From an uncultured Desulfosarcina sp. (GTDB lineage Bacteria; Desulfobacterota; Desulfobacteria; Desulfobacterales; Desulfosarcinaceae), in assembly GCA_963674945.2 (NCBI GenBank), contig CAXXWQ010000004.1, forward strand, positions 1-64,000: a DNA stretch of 64,000 nt, given 5' to 3'. This document shows, piece after piece, positions 9,259-18,995 of the stretch; within the stretch, counting starts at the first letter, position 1, and each line of letters opens with the position of its first letter. The notes beneath the pieces were generated by a model. The model saw only the letters and a list, made by a program, of their open reading frames with translations, was not told where the DNA came from and made no database searches. The position numbers were made by a program, and so were the translations under genes.

Positions 9259-10656
9259 ATGATCGGAAACATATCCAAAACGATGTTGTTCATCATATTG
9301 GCAGCTTTACTAGTATGTGTTGCAGTCCCGGTTCAGGCGAAAGTGACGGCCGAAGAGGCAGCCAGGCTGAATAAGGATTTAACCCCGGTCGGGGCCGAGC
9401 GGGCGGGAAACGAAGAAGGCACCATACCCGCCTGGACCGGTGGACTTTCAAAAATTCCCGACAACATAAAATATGATAGCGCATCAATGGGACAATGTTA
9501 CCCGGATCCCTATGCCGATGACAAGATTCTCTTTACCATTACGGCGAAAAATGTTGATCAATACAAAGATAAATTATCCGATGGTATGTTGAGAATGTTC
9601 AAACGATTCCCGGATACCTGGAAGATGCATGTCTACCCCACCAGAAGATCCGCCGCATATTCCGAAGAAATATATAAACGTACATACGACAATGCCCTGA
9701 CGGCTGAGATTGTCGCTCCCGACGGCAGCGCTACCAATTTCTACAGAGGATTTTTGTTTCCAATTGCTAAAAACGGTTCTGAGGCCATATTAAATTGGAC
9801 TCACAAGCCAATGGGGTATGCATTTATACAACAAACTACCGACGAGCATGTAGGCGCAGTAGTTCAGCCGGACGGCAGTTTGCAAGTACAAGGTAACGAA
9901 AAATCAATATTTTATGCGGCTTATGCAGTACCCAAAGAACAATTTGATCCACAAGATTTTATCATCGGTACTTTTAATGAGATGACATCGCCACCCGGCC
10001 GAAAAGGCGAATTAAATTTAAGGATGCAACGCGGAGACTATCGAAAGGCAGACCCCGGCGGCTGGAAGTACAATCCGGGGCAGCGCCGGGTTCGCCGGTC
10101 GCCCAATGTATATTACGATGCGACCGACCCCTCTGTCGCCGGCCTTATCGTCGTGGACGACGCGGAGGTGTATTGCAGCCCGATCGACCGGTTTGATTGG
10201 AAATTGAACGGGAAAAAAGAGCTTTTCGTACCGTATAACACGTACAAATTAGACTTACAGGATTCCAAGGATCAGATTTTGACACCCCTTCATCCAAACC
10301 CGGATCTTATCCGATGGGAGCTTCACCGGGTGTATGTAACCGTCGCCACGATTCGGGAAGGCTATCGGCATTGTTACGGCAAAAGAATTTTTTATCAGGA
10401 TGAAGACTCATGGTTGATTTTACTTAAGGACCAGTACGATACGCGAGGAGAGCTGTGGCGAATGACATTTGTATGTACAAAACAATGGTACGACGTTCCC
10501 GTGTTCCGTTATTCCGATTACTTTAATTTCGATTTCCAGCTGGATCGCTATTTTGGGGCCGGCCTCATCAACAAAAAAACTCCGCACGAAGGTCATGAAG
10601 AGATGCCGCTATCCTTTTGGACAGTTGAAAATTTGCGAAAAATGGGCTTGCGGTAA
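9259..10656 (+). CDS. DUF1329-family periplasmic protein (LolA-like fold), copy 1
   Basis: Signal peptide; LTPVGAERAGNEEGTIPAWTGG, YPTRRSA, YNPGQRRVRR, DRFDWKLNGKKE, RWELHRV, DEDSW. Confidence 0.9.
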   Translation: MIGNISKTMLFIILAALLVCVAVPVQAKVTAEEAARLNKDLTPVGAERAGNEEGTIPAWTGGLSKIPDNIKYDSASMGQCYPDPYADDKILFTITAKNVDQYKDKLSDGMLRMFKRFPDTWKMHVYPTRRSAAYSEEIYKRTYDNALTAEIVAPDGSATNFYRGFLFPIAKNGSEAILNWTHKPMGYAFIQQTTDEHVGAVVQPDGSLQVQGNEKSIFYAAYAVPKEQFDPQDFIIGTFNEMTSPPGRKGELNLRMQRGDYRKADPGGWKYNPGQRRVRRSPNVYYDATDPSVAGLIVVDDAEVYCSPIDRFDWKLNGKKELFVPYNTYKLDLQDSKDQILTPLHPNPDLIRWELHRVYVTVATIREGYRHCYGKRIFYQDEDSWLILLKDQYDTRGELWRMTFVCTKQWYDVPVFRYSDYFNFDFQLDRYFGAGLINKKTPHEGHEEMPLSFWTVENLRKMGLR

Positions 10657-10687
10657 ACCAATAGACGAAAGCATGTGAGAATCCAAG

Positions 10688-10727
10688 GAAATGAGAAGGT
10701 CAGGCTACCATTGACCTTCTCATTTTT
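10688..10727 (+). terminator. Internal terminator-like hairpin between DUF1329 and YCF48 genes, copy 1
   Basis: AAATGAGAAGGTCA pairs with TGACCTTCTCATTT, ending in a T-run. Confidence 0.6.
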
Positions 10728-10778
10728 CTAAAGACGCTTGCACCTATTCAAACGAAAACATAAAGGCGAAATGTAAAT

Positions 10779-11954
10779 ATGGATAATCGATACGGTGAGC
10801 CTAAAAACGGCAAAAGAAAATACTTGTTTGTGGTAGGATGCGTTTTGCTTGTCCTATGCTCAGCAATACCAACATTTGGCGGGGCCATTGACCTGTTGGT
10901 GATGCCGTCGGAAAAAGTTGAATGGGCGCCGTATTCCATCCTCATGGATGTGGAAAGGGTCGATACCCGCTTAGTGATGGTGGGGGAAAAGGGGCGCATT
11001 CTATTTTCGGACGGCGAATGCGCCGACTGGACCCAGGCAGAAGTGCCGGTAAGCGTTACCCTGACGGCAGTCTATTTTCCAACCCCTGATCAAGGATGGG
11101 CCGTCGGACATGATGGTGTGGTGCTTCATACCGAAGACGGCGGATCCACCTGGAAAAAGCAGCTGGACGGCACACAGATCAATGAGATGGTCCTTGCCCA
11201 GATCAAACAGTTAATCGCCCAAAACGATTCTTTTGCGGAAAATGAAGCCGGACTGACCGAAGAAAAACAAGAGGATATGGAAGCAGAAGCGGAAAGACTA
11301 CGCTATTTTCAATACGATGCGGAATTTAGCTTGCAAGAAGGAGCGAGTCGGCCGTTGCTGGATGTCTGGTTTAAAAATGACAAAGAAGGGATTGTTGTGG
11401 GTTCCTACGGCTATATTCTTTCGACAACAGACGGCGGAAAGACCTGGCAGCCGATTCTGGACAGGGTCGAAAAGCCGGAGGCACGTCATTACTACGGCAT
11501 GATCCGCTGCGGAGACGATCTCTTCATCGCAGGGGAATCGGGCACTTTGTTACGGTCGGCGGATTTCGGCAAAAGCTGGCAGCGCTTGACGTCTCCATAC
11601 GATGGGACCTTTTTCAGTATTATCGGTGATCCGTCCGGCGGTTTTGTAGCGGCCTTCGGGCTGAGGGGTGCCTTCTTTTACTCCCTGGACTGCGGAGAAA
11701 CCTGGCTCCCTTCAAAAACCGGCCTGGCGGCAGCGGTTTCCTGCGGCGCCTTTTTATCGGATGGATCTTTTGTCATTGTGAGCGTTGACGGTGTCATTTT
11801 AAGAAGCAAAGACCGGGGAAAAACCTTTACAGCGCTTCCTGCAAGAGCGCCCATGGGTGCCGCCATTACCGAGATGAGAAGAGACGTGCTGGCGGCGGTG
11901 GGGGTCATGGGGTTTTCTCGAATAGAAATCAACAAACAAAGCAGTGAGAAATAA
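10779..11954 (+). CDS. YCF48-like BNR/Asp-box repeat beta-propeller protein, copy 1
   Basis: N-terminal hydrophobic segment; VGEKGRIL, GWAVGHDGVVLHTEDGGSTW and repeated SxDxGxTW Asp boxes. Confidence 0.88.
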   Translation: MDNRYGEPKNGKRKYLFVVGCVLLVLCSAIPTFGGAIDLLVMPSEKVEWAPYSILMDVERVDTRLVMVGEKGRILFSDGECADWTQAEVPVSVTLTAVYFPTPDQGWAVGHDGVVLHTEDGGSTWKKQLDGTQINEMVLAQIKQLIAQNDSFAENEAGLTEEKQEDMEAEAERLRYFQYDAEFSLQEGASRPLLDVWFKNDKEGIVVGSYGYILSTTDGGKTWQPILDRVEKPEARHYYGMIRCGDDLFIAGESGTLLRSADFGKSWQRLTSPYDGTFFSIIGDPSGGFVAAFGLRGAFFYSLDCGETWLPSKTGLAAAVSCGAFLSDGSFVIVSVDGVILRSKDRGKTFTALPARAPMGAAITEMRRDVLAAVGVMGFSRIEINKQSSEK

Positions 11955-11966
11955 AGGATAATATAC

Positions 11967-14318
11967 ATGATGCCGAAGAACGTATCAACTGAAGCTGGTA
12001 GCTCTTATTTAGACGGTGCACCCTTCATGGAAAGGCTGCTCTTTTCCAGACGTCCGCTCGTTATAGCGATATTTATACTCCTAACTATCTTTTTCGGCTA
12101 TCATATGCTTCAGATGAAGCCTGAGGGCAGCTTTTTGGAAATGATCCCCACCTATCATCCATTCATTAAAAATTATATCGAATACAAGGATGATCTCAAG
12201 GAAATGGGCAACATTGTCCGTATCTGCGTCGAAACGACCAAGGGGAGTATTTTAACGAAAGAATACATGGACGTACTAAAAAAAGCAAGCGACGAGGTGT
12301 TCTTTATTTCCGGTGTAAACCGGGCGGGACTGAAGTCGCTGTGGACATCGAATTGCAGATGGCTAGAGATCACCGAAGAGGGTTTTGAAGATGGGGAAGT
12401 CATCCCGATGGGCTACTCCGGCACGCTGAAAGACCTGGCCCAGGTCCGGGCGAATATTATGAAGGCCGGTGTGATTGGCACTCTGGTGGCAAACGATTTC
12501 AAGTCCACCATCATCCTGGCGCCCCTTCATGATATTGATCCGGAGACGAGAAAACCGCTTGACTATCATCAATTTGCGAAAAAAATAGAAGCGGTTCGAA
12601 GCCAGTTCCAGAATGACGATATCAAGATCCACATCACCGGATTTGCCAAAAAAGTGGGGGACCTCATCGAAGGTTCCACCCGGGTTCTGCTGTTTTTTTT
12701 CATCGCCTTCGTGATCCTGCTGTCTATACTGTTTTTCAATTCGAGGTGCATAAAAACTACAGCCATGCGTGCCATCGCGTCCATAACAGCAGTGATCTGG
12801 CAACTGGGGATCATGAAACTCTGCGGGTACGGGCTAAATCCATACTCCATGCTGGTACCTTTTCTCATGTTCGCCTTGGGTGTCAGCCACGGCATCCAGA
12901 TGTGGAACGCAATGGCATTGGAGTTGATGAACGGGGCGGAAAAATTAAAAGCGGCCCGTCTGGCCTATCGTCAGATCATATTGCCGGGAATGGCTGCGCT
13001 GTTTACCGATTTTATCGGATTTGCCACATTGCTGGTGATTCGAATCGGCGTGATCCAGGACATCGCCGTCGGGGCCAGTATCGGTGTTGCCGTTGTGGCC
13101 ATCGTCGACTTGTCGGTATTTACGTTGTTGTTGTCATATTCCGGAATCAGTAAAAAAACAATATTATTGGTGAAACGGCGTTCGGCCGGAACCAAGCATG
13201 CCTTATGGTCTTTCTTGACCAGATTCAGCGAGCCGAAATGGGCATATGGTGCGATTGCATTATTCATCATCGGTCTGGCGGCCGGCATTACCATGCGCCA
13301 GGATTTAAAAACAGGTGATCTGGACCCCGGCGCCCCTGAACTGCGGCCGGATTCCCGCTACAACATGGACAACGCTTATATGAACGCCCACTATTCGGCC
13401 AGCAGCGATATATTCGTCGTGATGCTCAAAACACCGAAGAACGGCCTCAGCACTTATCGGACGGTGTTGCTCACCGATATGCTGGACGAGAAACTGACCC
13501 ACGAAGTCGAAGGCGTACAGAACGTCGAATCTCATACGGACTATATAAAGCGCGGATGTTTCGGCAATATGGAAGGCCACCCGAAATGGTGGGCCCCAAC
13601 CCGGAGCCCAAAACTCCTTGATAATTTGGTCAATTATATTCCGCAGAACTTTCAGAAGCGGGAGTTAAGTTTTACGCCCATGCTGGTCTATCTGGATGAC
13701 CACAAGGCGGAAACCCTGGAGCGGGTGGTGGCGACCGTCGATGAATTTGCCAAGAAGCACAATACGGACACCGTTCAGTTCGTGATGGGCGCCGGCAACG
13801 CGGGTATCGAGGCGGCCACCAATGTCGAGGTGGAAAAGGCACTGATGAAATTGACCGTTCTGATATATGTGGTGGTTTTTCTGGTGTGTCTGGTTACCTA
13901 CCGAAATTTCAAGGGAGCCGTATGCGTTGTTGCGCCCCTTGTCCTCACCTCCGTGCTGTGCGAGGCACTGATGGCAAAAATGGGCATTGGCATCAAAGTC
14001 GCCACCTTGCCCGTCATTGCCGTGGGTGTCGGTATCGGGGTGGACTATGGCATCTATATTTATAGCAAGCTGGTTTACTACAGGGATGAGCTGGGCCACA
14101 AGCTGACGCCGGCCTACTACCGGACCTTGAATACAACGGGCAGAGCAGTCTCTTTCACCGGTATTACCCTTTCCATCGGCGTCGCCACATGGGCCTTTTC
14201 GCCCATCAAATTCCAGGCGGATATGGGATTTTTGTTAACCTTCATGTTCCTGTGGAACATGGTTGGCGCCATGGTGCTTCTGCCTGCCATTGCAAGAATC
14301 CTGTGGAAGAAAAGGTAG
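11967..14318 (+). CDS. MMPL/RND-family transporter, copy 1
   Basis: Two-repeat ~12-TM topology with two periplasmic loops; ALGVSHGIQ and GIGVDYGIY motifs. Confidence 0.92.
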   Translation: MMPKNVSTEAGSSYLDGAPFMERLLFSRRPLVIAIFILLTIFFGYHMLQMKPEGSFLEMIPTYHPFIKNYIEYKDDLKEMGNIVRICVETTKGSILTKEYMDVLKKASDEVFFISGVNRAGLKSLWTSNCRWLEITEEGFEDGEVIPMGYSGTLKDLAQVRANIMKAGVIGTLVANDFKSTIILAPLHDIDPETRKPLDYHQFAKKIEAVRSQFQNDDIKIHITGFAKKVGDLIEGSTRVLLFFFIAFVILLSILFFNSRCIKTTAMRAIASITAVIWQLGIMKLCGYGLNPYSMLVPFLMFALGVSHGIQMWNAMALELMNGAEKLKAARLAYRQIILPGMAALFTDFIGFATLLVIRIGVIQDIAVGASIGVAVVAIVDLSVFTLLLSYSGISKKTILLVKRRSAGTKHALWSFLTRFSEPKWAYGAIALFIIGLAAGITMRQDLKTGDLDPGAPELRPDSRYNMDNAYMNAHYSASSDIFVVMLKTPKNGLSTYRTVLLTDMLDEKLTHEVEGVQNVESHTDYIKRGCFGNMEGHPKWWAPTRSPKLLDNLVNYIPQNFQKRELSFTPMLVYLDDHKAETLERVVATVDEFAKKHNTDTVQFVMGAGNAGIEAATNVEVEKALMKLTVLIYVVVFLVCLVTYRNFKGAVCVVAPLVLTSVLCEALMAKMGIGIKVATLPVIAVGVGIGVDYGIYIYSKLVYYRDELGHKLTPAYYRTLNTTGRAVSFTGITLSIGVATWAFSPIKFQADMGFLLTFMFLWNMVGAMVLLPAIARILWKKR

Positions 14319-14412
14319 TGTTTTAGGATTTCTCTGATGTACAGTTACGATCCTACCATAATCGTTGCGTTGCAAAAAAACCAAAATGAAATCGGGCCGA
14401 AGGAGGCTTGAC

Positions 14413-14904
14413 ATGTTGGATTTTAAAAAGATCCTATTCCCTGTTGATATGACCGAAATAGGCACCACCATCATTTCCCATTTGAAAACATTTGCCGACG
14501 AATTCAAAGCAGAAGTCCGGCTGATGTACGTTGCCAAAGTGAATGAATATCATGTAGAGGGTGAGAAACCGGGCGTCGGCATCGAGAAAGAAGTTGAAGC
14601 ATTTAAAAACGAACATTTTAAAGATATCACAAATATTGAGGTTGTTGTCGCGGACGGAGAACCCGCAGATGAAATATTAGCATATGTCGATGCCGAGAAC
14701 ATCGATCTGGTCATCATTCCCACACGGGGGCGATCAGCCTTGGACAAGGCCCTTTTCGGATCAGTAGCCGCTAAGATAGCAAGAGTCGCACCCGTGCCGG
14801 TACTTCTGGTCAATCCCTTTAAGGATAAATTTATCCGTCCGGAAATGCGTGATTTCTGTCTTCAGAGCGATGAAAAAAAATGTAGGGGCTTCGATAAAAA
14901 GTAA
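14413..14904 (+). CDS. Universal stress protein (UspA family) with Cys-containing C-terminal tail, copy 1
   Basis: RBS AGGAGG before ATG 14413; KKILFPVD, GEPADEI, TRGRS..LFGSVA, PVPVLLV. Confidence 0.88.
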   Translation: MLDFKKILFPVDMTEIGTTIISHLKTFADEFKAEVRLMYVAKVNEYHVEGEKPGVGIEKEVEAFKNEHFKDITNIEVVVADGEPADEILAYVDAENIDLVIIPTRGRSALDKALFGSVAAKIARVAPVPVLLVNPFKDKFIRPEMRDFCLQSDEKKCRGFDKK

Positions 14905-15021
14905 TTCAAGCCAATGAAAAAAATTTCCATATCCACCCGAACAAAAAAATAGGAGGAAGTGCAGCAGAATCTGACGAACATCGACACCAAAAACGAGGTT
15001 ATCATTATACGAAAAATGTAA

Positions 15022-15786
15022 ATCATTACCGACCGCCTTCGCATGGGAATCCAGTTCTTCAGCCGGGATATCGGGGATGCCAGCAACAACAAAGTAACGG
15101 TAGACTGGGCCTACGGCGACTACCGCTTCAAGGACTGGCTGGGCGTTCGGGCCGGCAGGATCAAACTGCCCATGGGCCTGTACAACGAGATCCGGGACGT
15201 GGACATGCTGCGCACCAGCATCGTCCTGCCCCAGGGGATCTACAACGACATGCTCCGGGATACCCTCATCGCCGTTAACGGTGCGGGCATTTATGGTAAC
15301 GTAAATGTGGGGGCCATCGGCGGATTGGAATATCAGGCCCTCACCGGAGCCGTCTATTCAGATCCCGATAGCGGCGCCAACAAGGTATTTGATGATAGTA
15401 TTAATGAAAAAATGACAGGCGCAGCAACTATCGGTACTACCGAAAACGGTAACTGCTATGCCGCTGCCATACGTTGGGAAACGCCGCTGCCTGGCCTTCG
15501 GATGGGATACTCCTATTTTAAGTCGAATCCAGAAAATGAAATTGGAATCGGCGGCACGCCTATGGCACTCATGGAGGGTACGTCACAGTTTCACATCGGC
15601 TCCGCTGAATTCGTGTGGAACGATCTGACAGTGGTGGGTGAATACTATGCGCGAAATTCCGAATCTACCATTATTTCCGCCGCGTGGCGAACTGACACAT
15701 CGAAACAAAGACGGAAAGCTATTACCTGATGGCCTCGTACGTGTTTACCGACTGGTTCACCCTGGGCGCCTACTATTCCGTATATT
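15022..15786 (+). pseudogene. Porin-like outer-membrane protein pseudogene, 5' segment (N-terminus missing, frameshift near 15695, IS-interrupted)
   Basis: TDRLRMGIQFFSRD..VDWAYGDYRFKDWLGVRAGRIKLPMGLYNE; a shifted frame continues KTESYYLMASYVFTDWFTLGAYYSVY up to the IS; no signal peptide. Confidence 0.75.
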
Positions 15787-18242
15787 CAGAACACTGCATC
15801 TCCGGGAAAACTATGTGACACCTCCGGCATGATTTGAGGTGCTGCAGCCATTTAGTTCGAATATCATTTGCAGCTCGGTACCGGGGTATTTTACCTGCGC
15901 ACTGTTCAGATGCGCAAACAGTTGGCAAAGAGCCCGATTGGCCGCTGGGAACGAAGCGCCGTGCAATCGTATATTCAATTGCTGATTTTCAATATCGGGC
16001 AGTACATCGCCTTCGGTCTGGAACAGTGTCTGGAGAAGACTCCGTGCATCCGACGAGTTTACCGTCGGACCCGTGAGCAACCCAACCATTGCCGTCTCTG
16101 CACGATATGCAATCATACGAACCGTGTCCATCAGGCGTTTTCTGCCCGGTTGTAAACGTAAAAATTTATCTTTTGCTTCAAGTTCTCCCCACGTGATGTG
16201 TTTACTTGTCTGTTTTCGTTTTTCTTTCAACTCGCTGAGTTGATACTCCATCTTTTCGATTTCTTCTAACAGCTCGGCCTTTTTCTCTATCCACTTCTTA
16301 AACTTTACCGGTTTGTCTTCATTTTCAGGGTGAATGGTCATCTCGGCAAAACAGGCACGACGATATCGTAGCTTGTTCTGCAACGAATTACGGGATTGAT
16401 TCAATTGCCGCCAAACGGGGTTGATTACCCGTTCGGTATCAGGAAATTCAACGACACCATAATCTAAAAGCACATCGATATCAAAATGTTGCATCATATA
16501 GTTGAAAAAGTTTTCCTGACACCACCGGCTGAACATGCGTGCTGCCAATTGAGTATGCGGCAAATCGAAAGCGGTGCTGATTACGCTGGTCTGGTGTCCG
16601 GAATCGGTCAGTTTTCGCACTTGTCGCATCCATGTTGCACCCTTACCAGATCCCACCAAACTACCCATTTCGCAAAGCCGCATCTTCACCACCTCTTTGT
16701 TTGGCATCGCAACTTCATGCTCGGTGAACCAATGCTCCGGCCATGATTCACCAGGATGCTTATGATACGTCATGCAGCCGATTCGATGGCGATCCCACAT
16801 TTCCTTGAAGAATGCGGGACTATATCCTTCCCTGTCGAAAACAAGAACGAACCGGCATAAACATGGGTTCTCTTGTAGTTGCTGCAAACCGGGTTGATTC
16901 GGAACGTCTTGCAACAACCGGGGAACGATATCGTCTCTTAAAACCGCCAATAATCCAGGATCGATCTGCTTTTCGACGACAAAAAAAGGTCGGCCAATCG
17001 CATCGTTAACCCAATAGTCGGTAATGCCCCTCATGCACAATCGTTCCCGGGACACGTAGCGGCGCGGTAGTCGGGTCAATTTTCCATGATAAACACGTAC
17101 ATGCCCGTCAACATAAAGCGCGCCAACCGATTCGGGCGCCTGTTCCATCCAGTATTTACCGAGGTATGCGGCCCACTTTTCCGCGCCGTGGTCTGCGCTC
17201 AACGCATCCATCTTGTAACGCAAACAGCGAACCTCCGGTGCACGATCCAAGCCCAATAACTTACCAAATTCTCCCGGAGCATGGCCTCGTATTTTTTCTG
17301 TCGTCTTGATCCTGCATAAGGCCATAAACGAAAGCAGCAACAAGACATGAAAGATCGTGTAATAGCCTTTGACTTGGCCGAGGAACTGTTTTGCGCCGGT
17401 AAACAACCCGTTTGCCACCAATGACGGTATCGCACAAAGAACGCCTGCTTTGGGAACGTCCAGGCATCTGTCAAAACGAACCGGCGCACCAACCATTTTG
17501 CCCAATGATGCCAATATGCGTTCCCCGACTCGGTTGCAAGCCGTCCCCATACCATCGGCAGCAGCCATGTCGACCATGTCCCGATCTGATTTGGTTAGAC
17601 ACGGTTCACCAATCCTTGATTCGATTAACCGACCATCATCTATAGCTTTGCGAAACGTATCGTATTTAATGCCAAGTTCCAGGGCGGCATCTTTTTTCGA
17701 GCACCCTTGATCCAGTAAACGTTGGGCTTGTTCAAGCACCTCAGGTTTGAAAACCTTGCCGCCGCGTCGTCCCCGCCGCTGAACGAAAAATGCCTCGGCG
17801 CCGCCGGACCTGAGTTTGTTCACGGATCGGATGACATTGCTCTTGGATACGCCGAATGTGTTTTGGATATCGATCTGGCGGCAAGCTCCGGATTCAACCA
17901 GTTGGGCTGTTATCATCCGAAACATTCGTTGATCGCCTTGTCTGTGAGAATAAATCGGAACGGTCGATAGAAAATAGGTCCAGGTCGTATCGTCACGAAA
18001 TACACTGACAAGCCCGTTGATTTGTCTTGCACCGCGAGGAATAAGTGGTAGTATCTGTTGAGGCATGGCATCCTTTTCCTTTCATTTATCCGCCAAGATA
18101 ATAAGGTTAAAGGTGCCATGTTCATTTTCCGGTTGCAATACCTTACCGGCCTGCTGGATTCAGACTCCTATCTTTCTGTTTTTCAACCACTTACATTATG
18201 TTTTGCTTGCCATATGCAACAATTAGGAAATCAAGTTTCCTG
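15787..18242 (-). mobile_element. 2,456-bp insertion sequence with large IS4-superfamily-like DDE transposase and 5-bp target duplication
   Basis: ATATT at 15782-15786 and 18243-18247; imperfect IRs CAGAACACTGCATCTCC and CAGGAAACTTGATTTCC; removing the element restores the porin frame (YYSVY/YPDKDD). Confidence 0.88.
15811..18066 (-). CDS. Putative DDE transposase (751 aa) with N-terminal HTH region
   Basis: LYVDGH, VFDREG and FSRWCQENFF (IS4-like R-W-x-x-E motif), C-terminal coiled coil; fills the TSD-bounded element. Confidence 0.85.
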   Translation of the reverse strand: MPQQILPLIPRGARQINGLVSVFRDDTTWTYFLSTVPIYSHRQGDQRMFRMITAQLVESGACRQIDIQNTFGVSKSNVIRSVNKLRSGGAEAFFVQRRGRRGGKVFKPEVLEQAQRLLDQGCSKKDAALELGIKYDTFRKAIDDGRLIESRIGEPCLTKSDRDMVDMAAADGMGTACNRVGERILASLGKMVGAPVRFDRCLDVPKAGVLCAIPSLVANGLFTGAKQFLGQVKGYYTIFHVLLLLSFMALCRIKTTEKIRGHAPGEFGKLLGLDRAPEVRCLRYKMDALSADHGAEKWAAYLGKYWMEQAPESVGALYVDGHVRVYHGKLTRLPRRYVSRERLCMRGITDYWVNDAIGRPFFVVEKQIDPGLLAVLRDDIVPRLLQDVPNQPGLQQLQENPCLCRFVLVFDREGYSPAFFKEMWDRHRIGCMTYHKHPGESWPEHWFTEHEVAMPNKEVVKMRLCEMGSLVGSGKGATWMRQVRKLTDSGHQTSVISTAFDLPHTQLAARMFSRWCQENFFNYMMQHFDIDVLLDYGVVEFPDTERVINPVWRQLNQSRNSLQNKLRYRRACFAEMTIHPENEDKPVKFKKWIEKKAELLEEIEKMEYQLSELKEKRKQTSKHITWGELEAKDKFLRLQPGRKRLMDTVRMIAYRAETAMVGLLTGPTVNSSDARSLLQTLFQTEGDVLPDIENQQLNIRLHGASFPAANRALCQLFAHLNSAQVKYPGTELQMIFELNGCSTSNHAGGVT

Positions 18243-18411
18243 ATATTACCCGGACAAGGACGACAAGGATGGCGACGAGCAGCCAATCGGCAAGGACCAC
18301 AAAGCCTGGGAGAAAGACCTATCCGTGACACTGCGTTTCGATATCAACCCATACTGGGTTTTCAAACTCGAAGGACATGTCGTGGACGGCACGGCCAATG
18401 TAGTGTGGTAA
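18243..18411 (+). pseudogene. Porin-like pseudogene, 3' segment after the IS
   Basis: YYPDKDDKDGDEQPIGKDHKAWEKDLSVTLRFDINPYWVFKLEGHVVDGTANVVW*; in frame with the pre-IS segment; probably also truncated at the 3' end. Confidence 0.75.
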
Positions 18412-18488
18412 CGACGGGATTTGCATCCACAATTGCAAAGGTCAACGTGGCATCTGTTGAACGTATTTCACAATTCTCAGCCAGTGGT

Positions 18489-18995
18489 TCAATTTTCTGA
18501 AGCTGATAGAAGTTTTTCCAACAGCAGATTGACAATTATCTGCTCCTCTGGATTCAACCGGCTCAAAAATTCACCGATTCTTTTGTGGGCGATTTCCACT
18601 GCGATTTCATGGACCACCCGTCCCTCCTCAGTTATCTTTACCCGAACAAGGCGCTTGTCACTGGAATCAGGCAATCGTTCAGCCAGGCCATTTTTAACCC
18701 ACCAGTCAACCACACGGGTTGCGGTCGCAGGTGATACAAAAATTTCATTTGAGATTTCCCCCATCGTTACACTCGCGTTTTGGTAAATGGAATGGCAAAA
18801 TGTAAAAAAGGTGACGGGTCCCATGATCTTGCCGGGATTGCGACCTTTCAGATGTTTCATCAGTCGTTTCTCCGCTTCAGTGGCAACTTCATCGGATTTG
18901 CGTGTGGTTGATGTAACAACCAATTTTCTGACGAGCTGAAGAAACGTCTCGGCCCGTTCAAATTCTGATGCATTCTGTGTGCTTTGATTGGACAT
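18489..18995 (-). CDS. MarR-family transcriptional regulator 1
   Basis: TMGEIS..VSPATATRVVD..GLAERLPDSSDKRLVRVKITEEG winged helix; divergent from cassette 2. Confidence 0.9.
   Translation of the reverse strand: MSNQSTQNASEFERAETFLQLVRKLVVTSTTRKSDEVATEAEKRLMKHLKGRNPGKIMGPVTFFTFCHSIYQNASVTMGEISNEIFVSPATATRVVDWWVKNGLAERLPDSSDKRLVRVKITEEGRVVHEIAVEIAHKRIGEFLSRLNPEEQIIVNLLLEKLLSASEN

Noticed and set aside
14959..15021. 20-codon GTG ORF in frame with the porin remnant (possible read-through)
   Set aside because: RBS spacing is only 2 nt, the stop is TAA, and the peptide is not a signal sequence.
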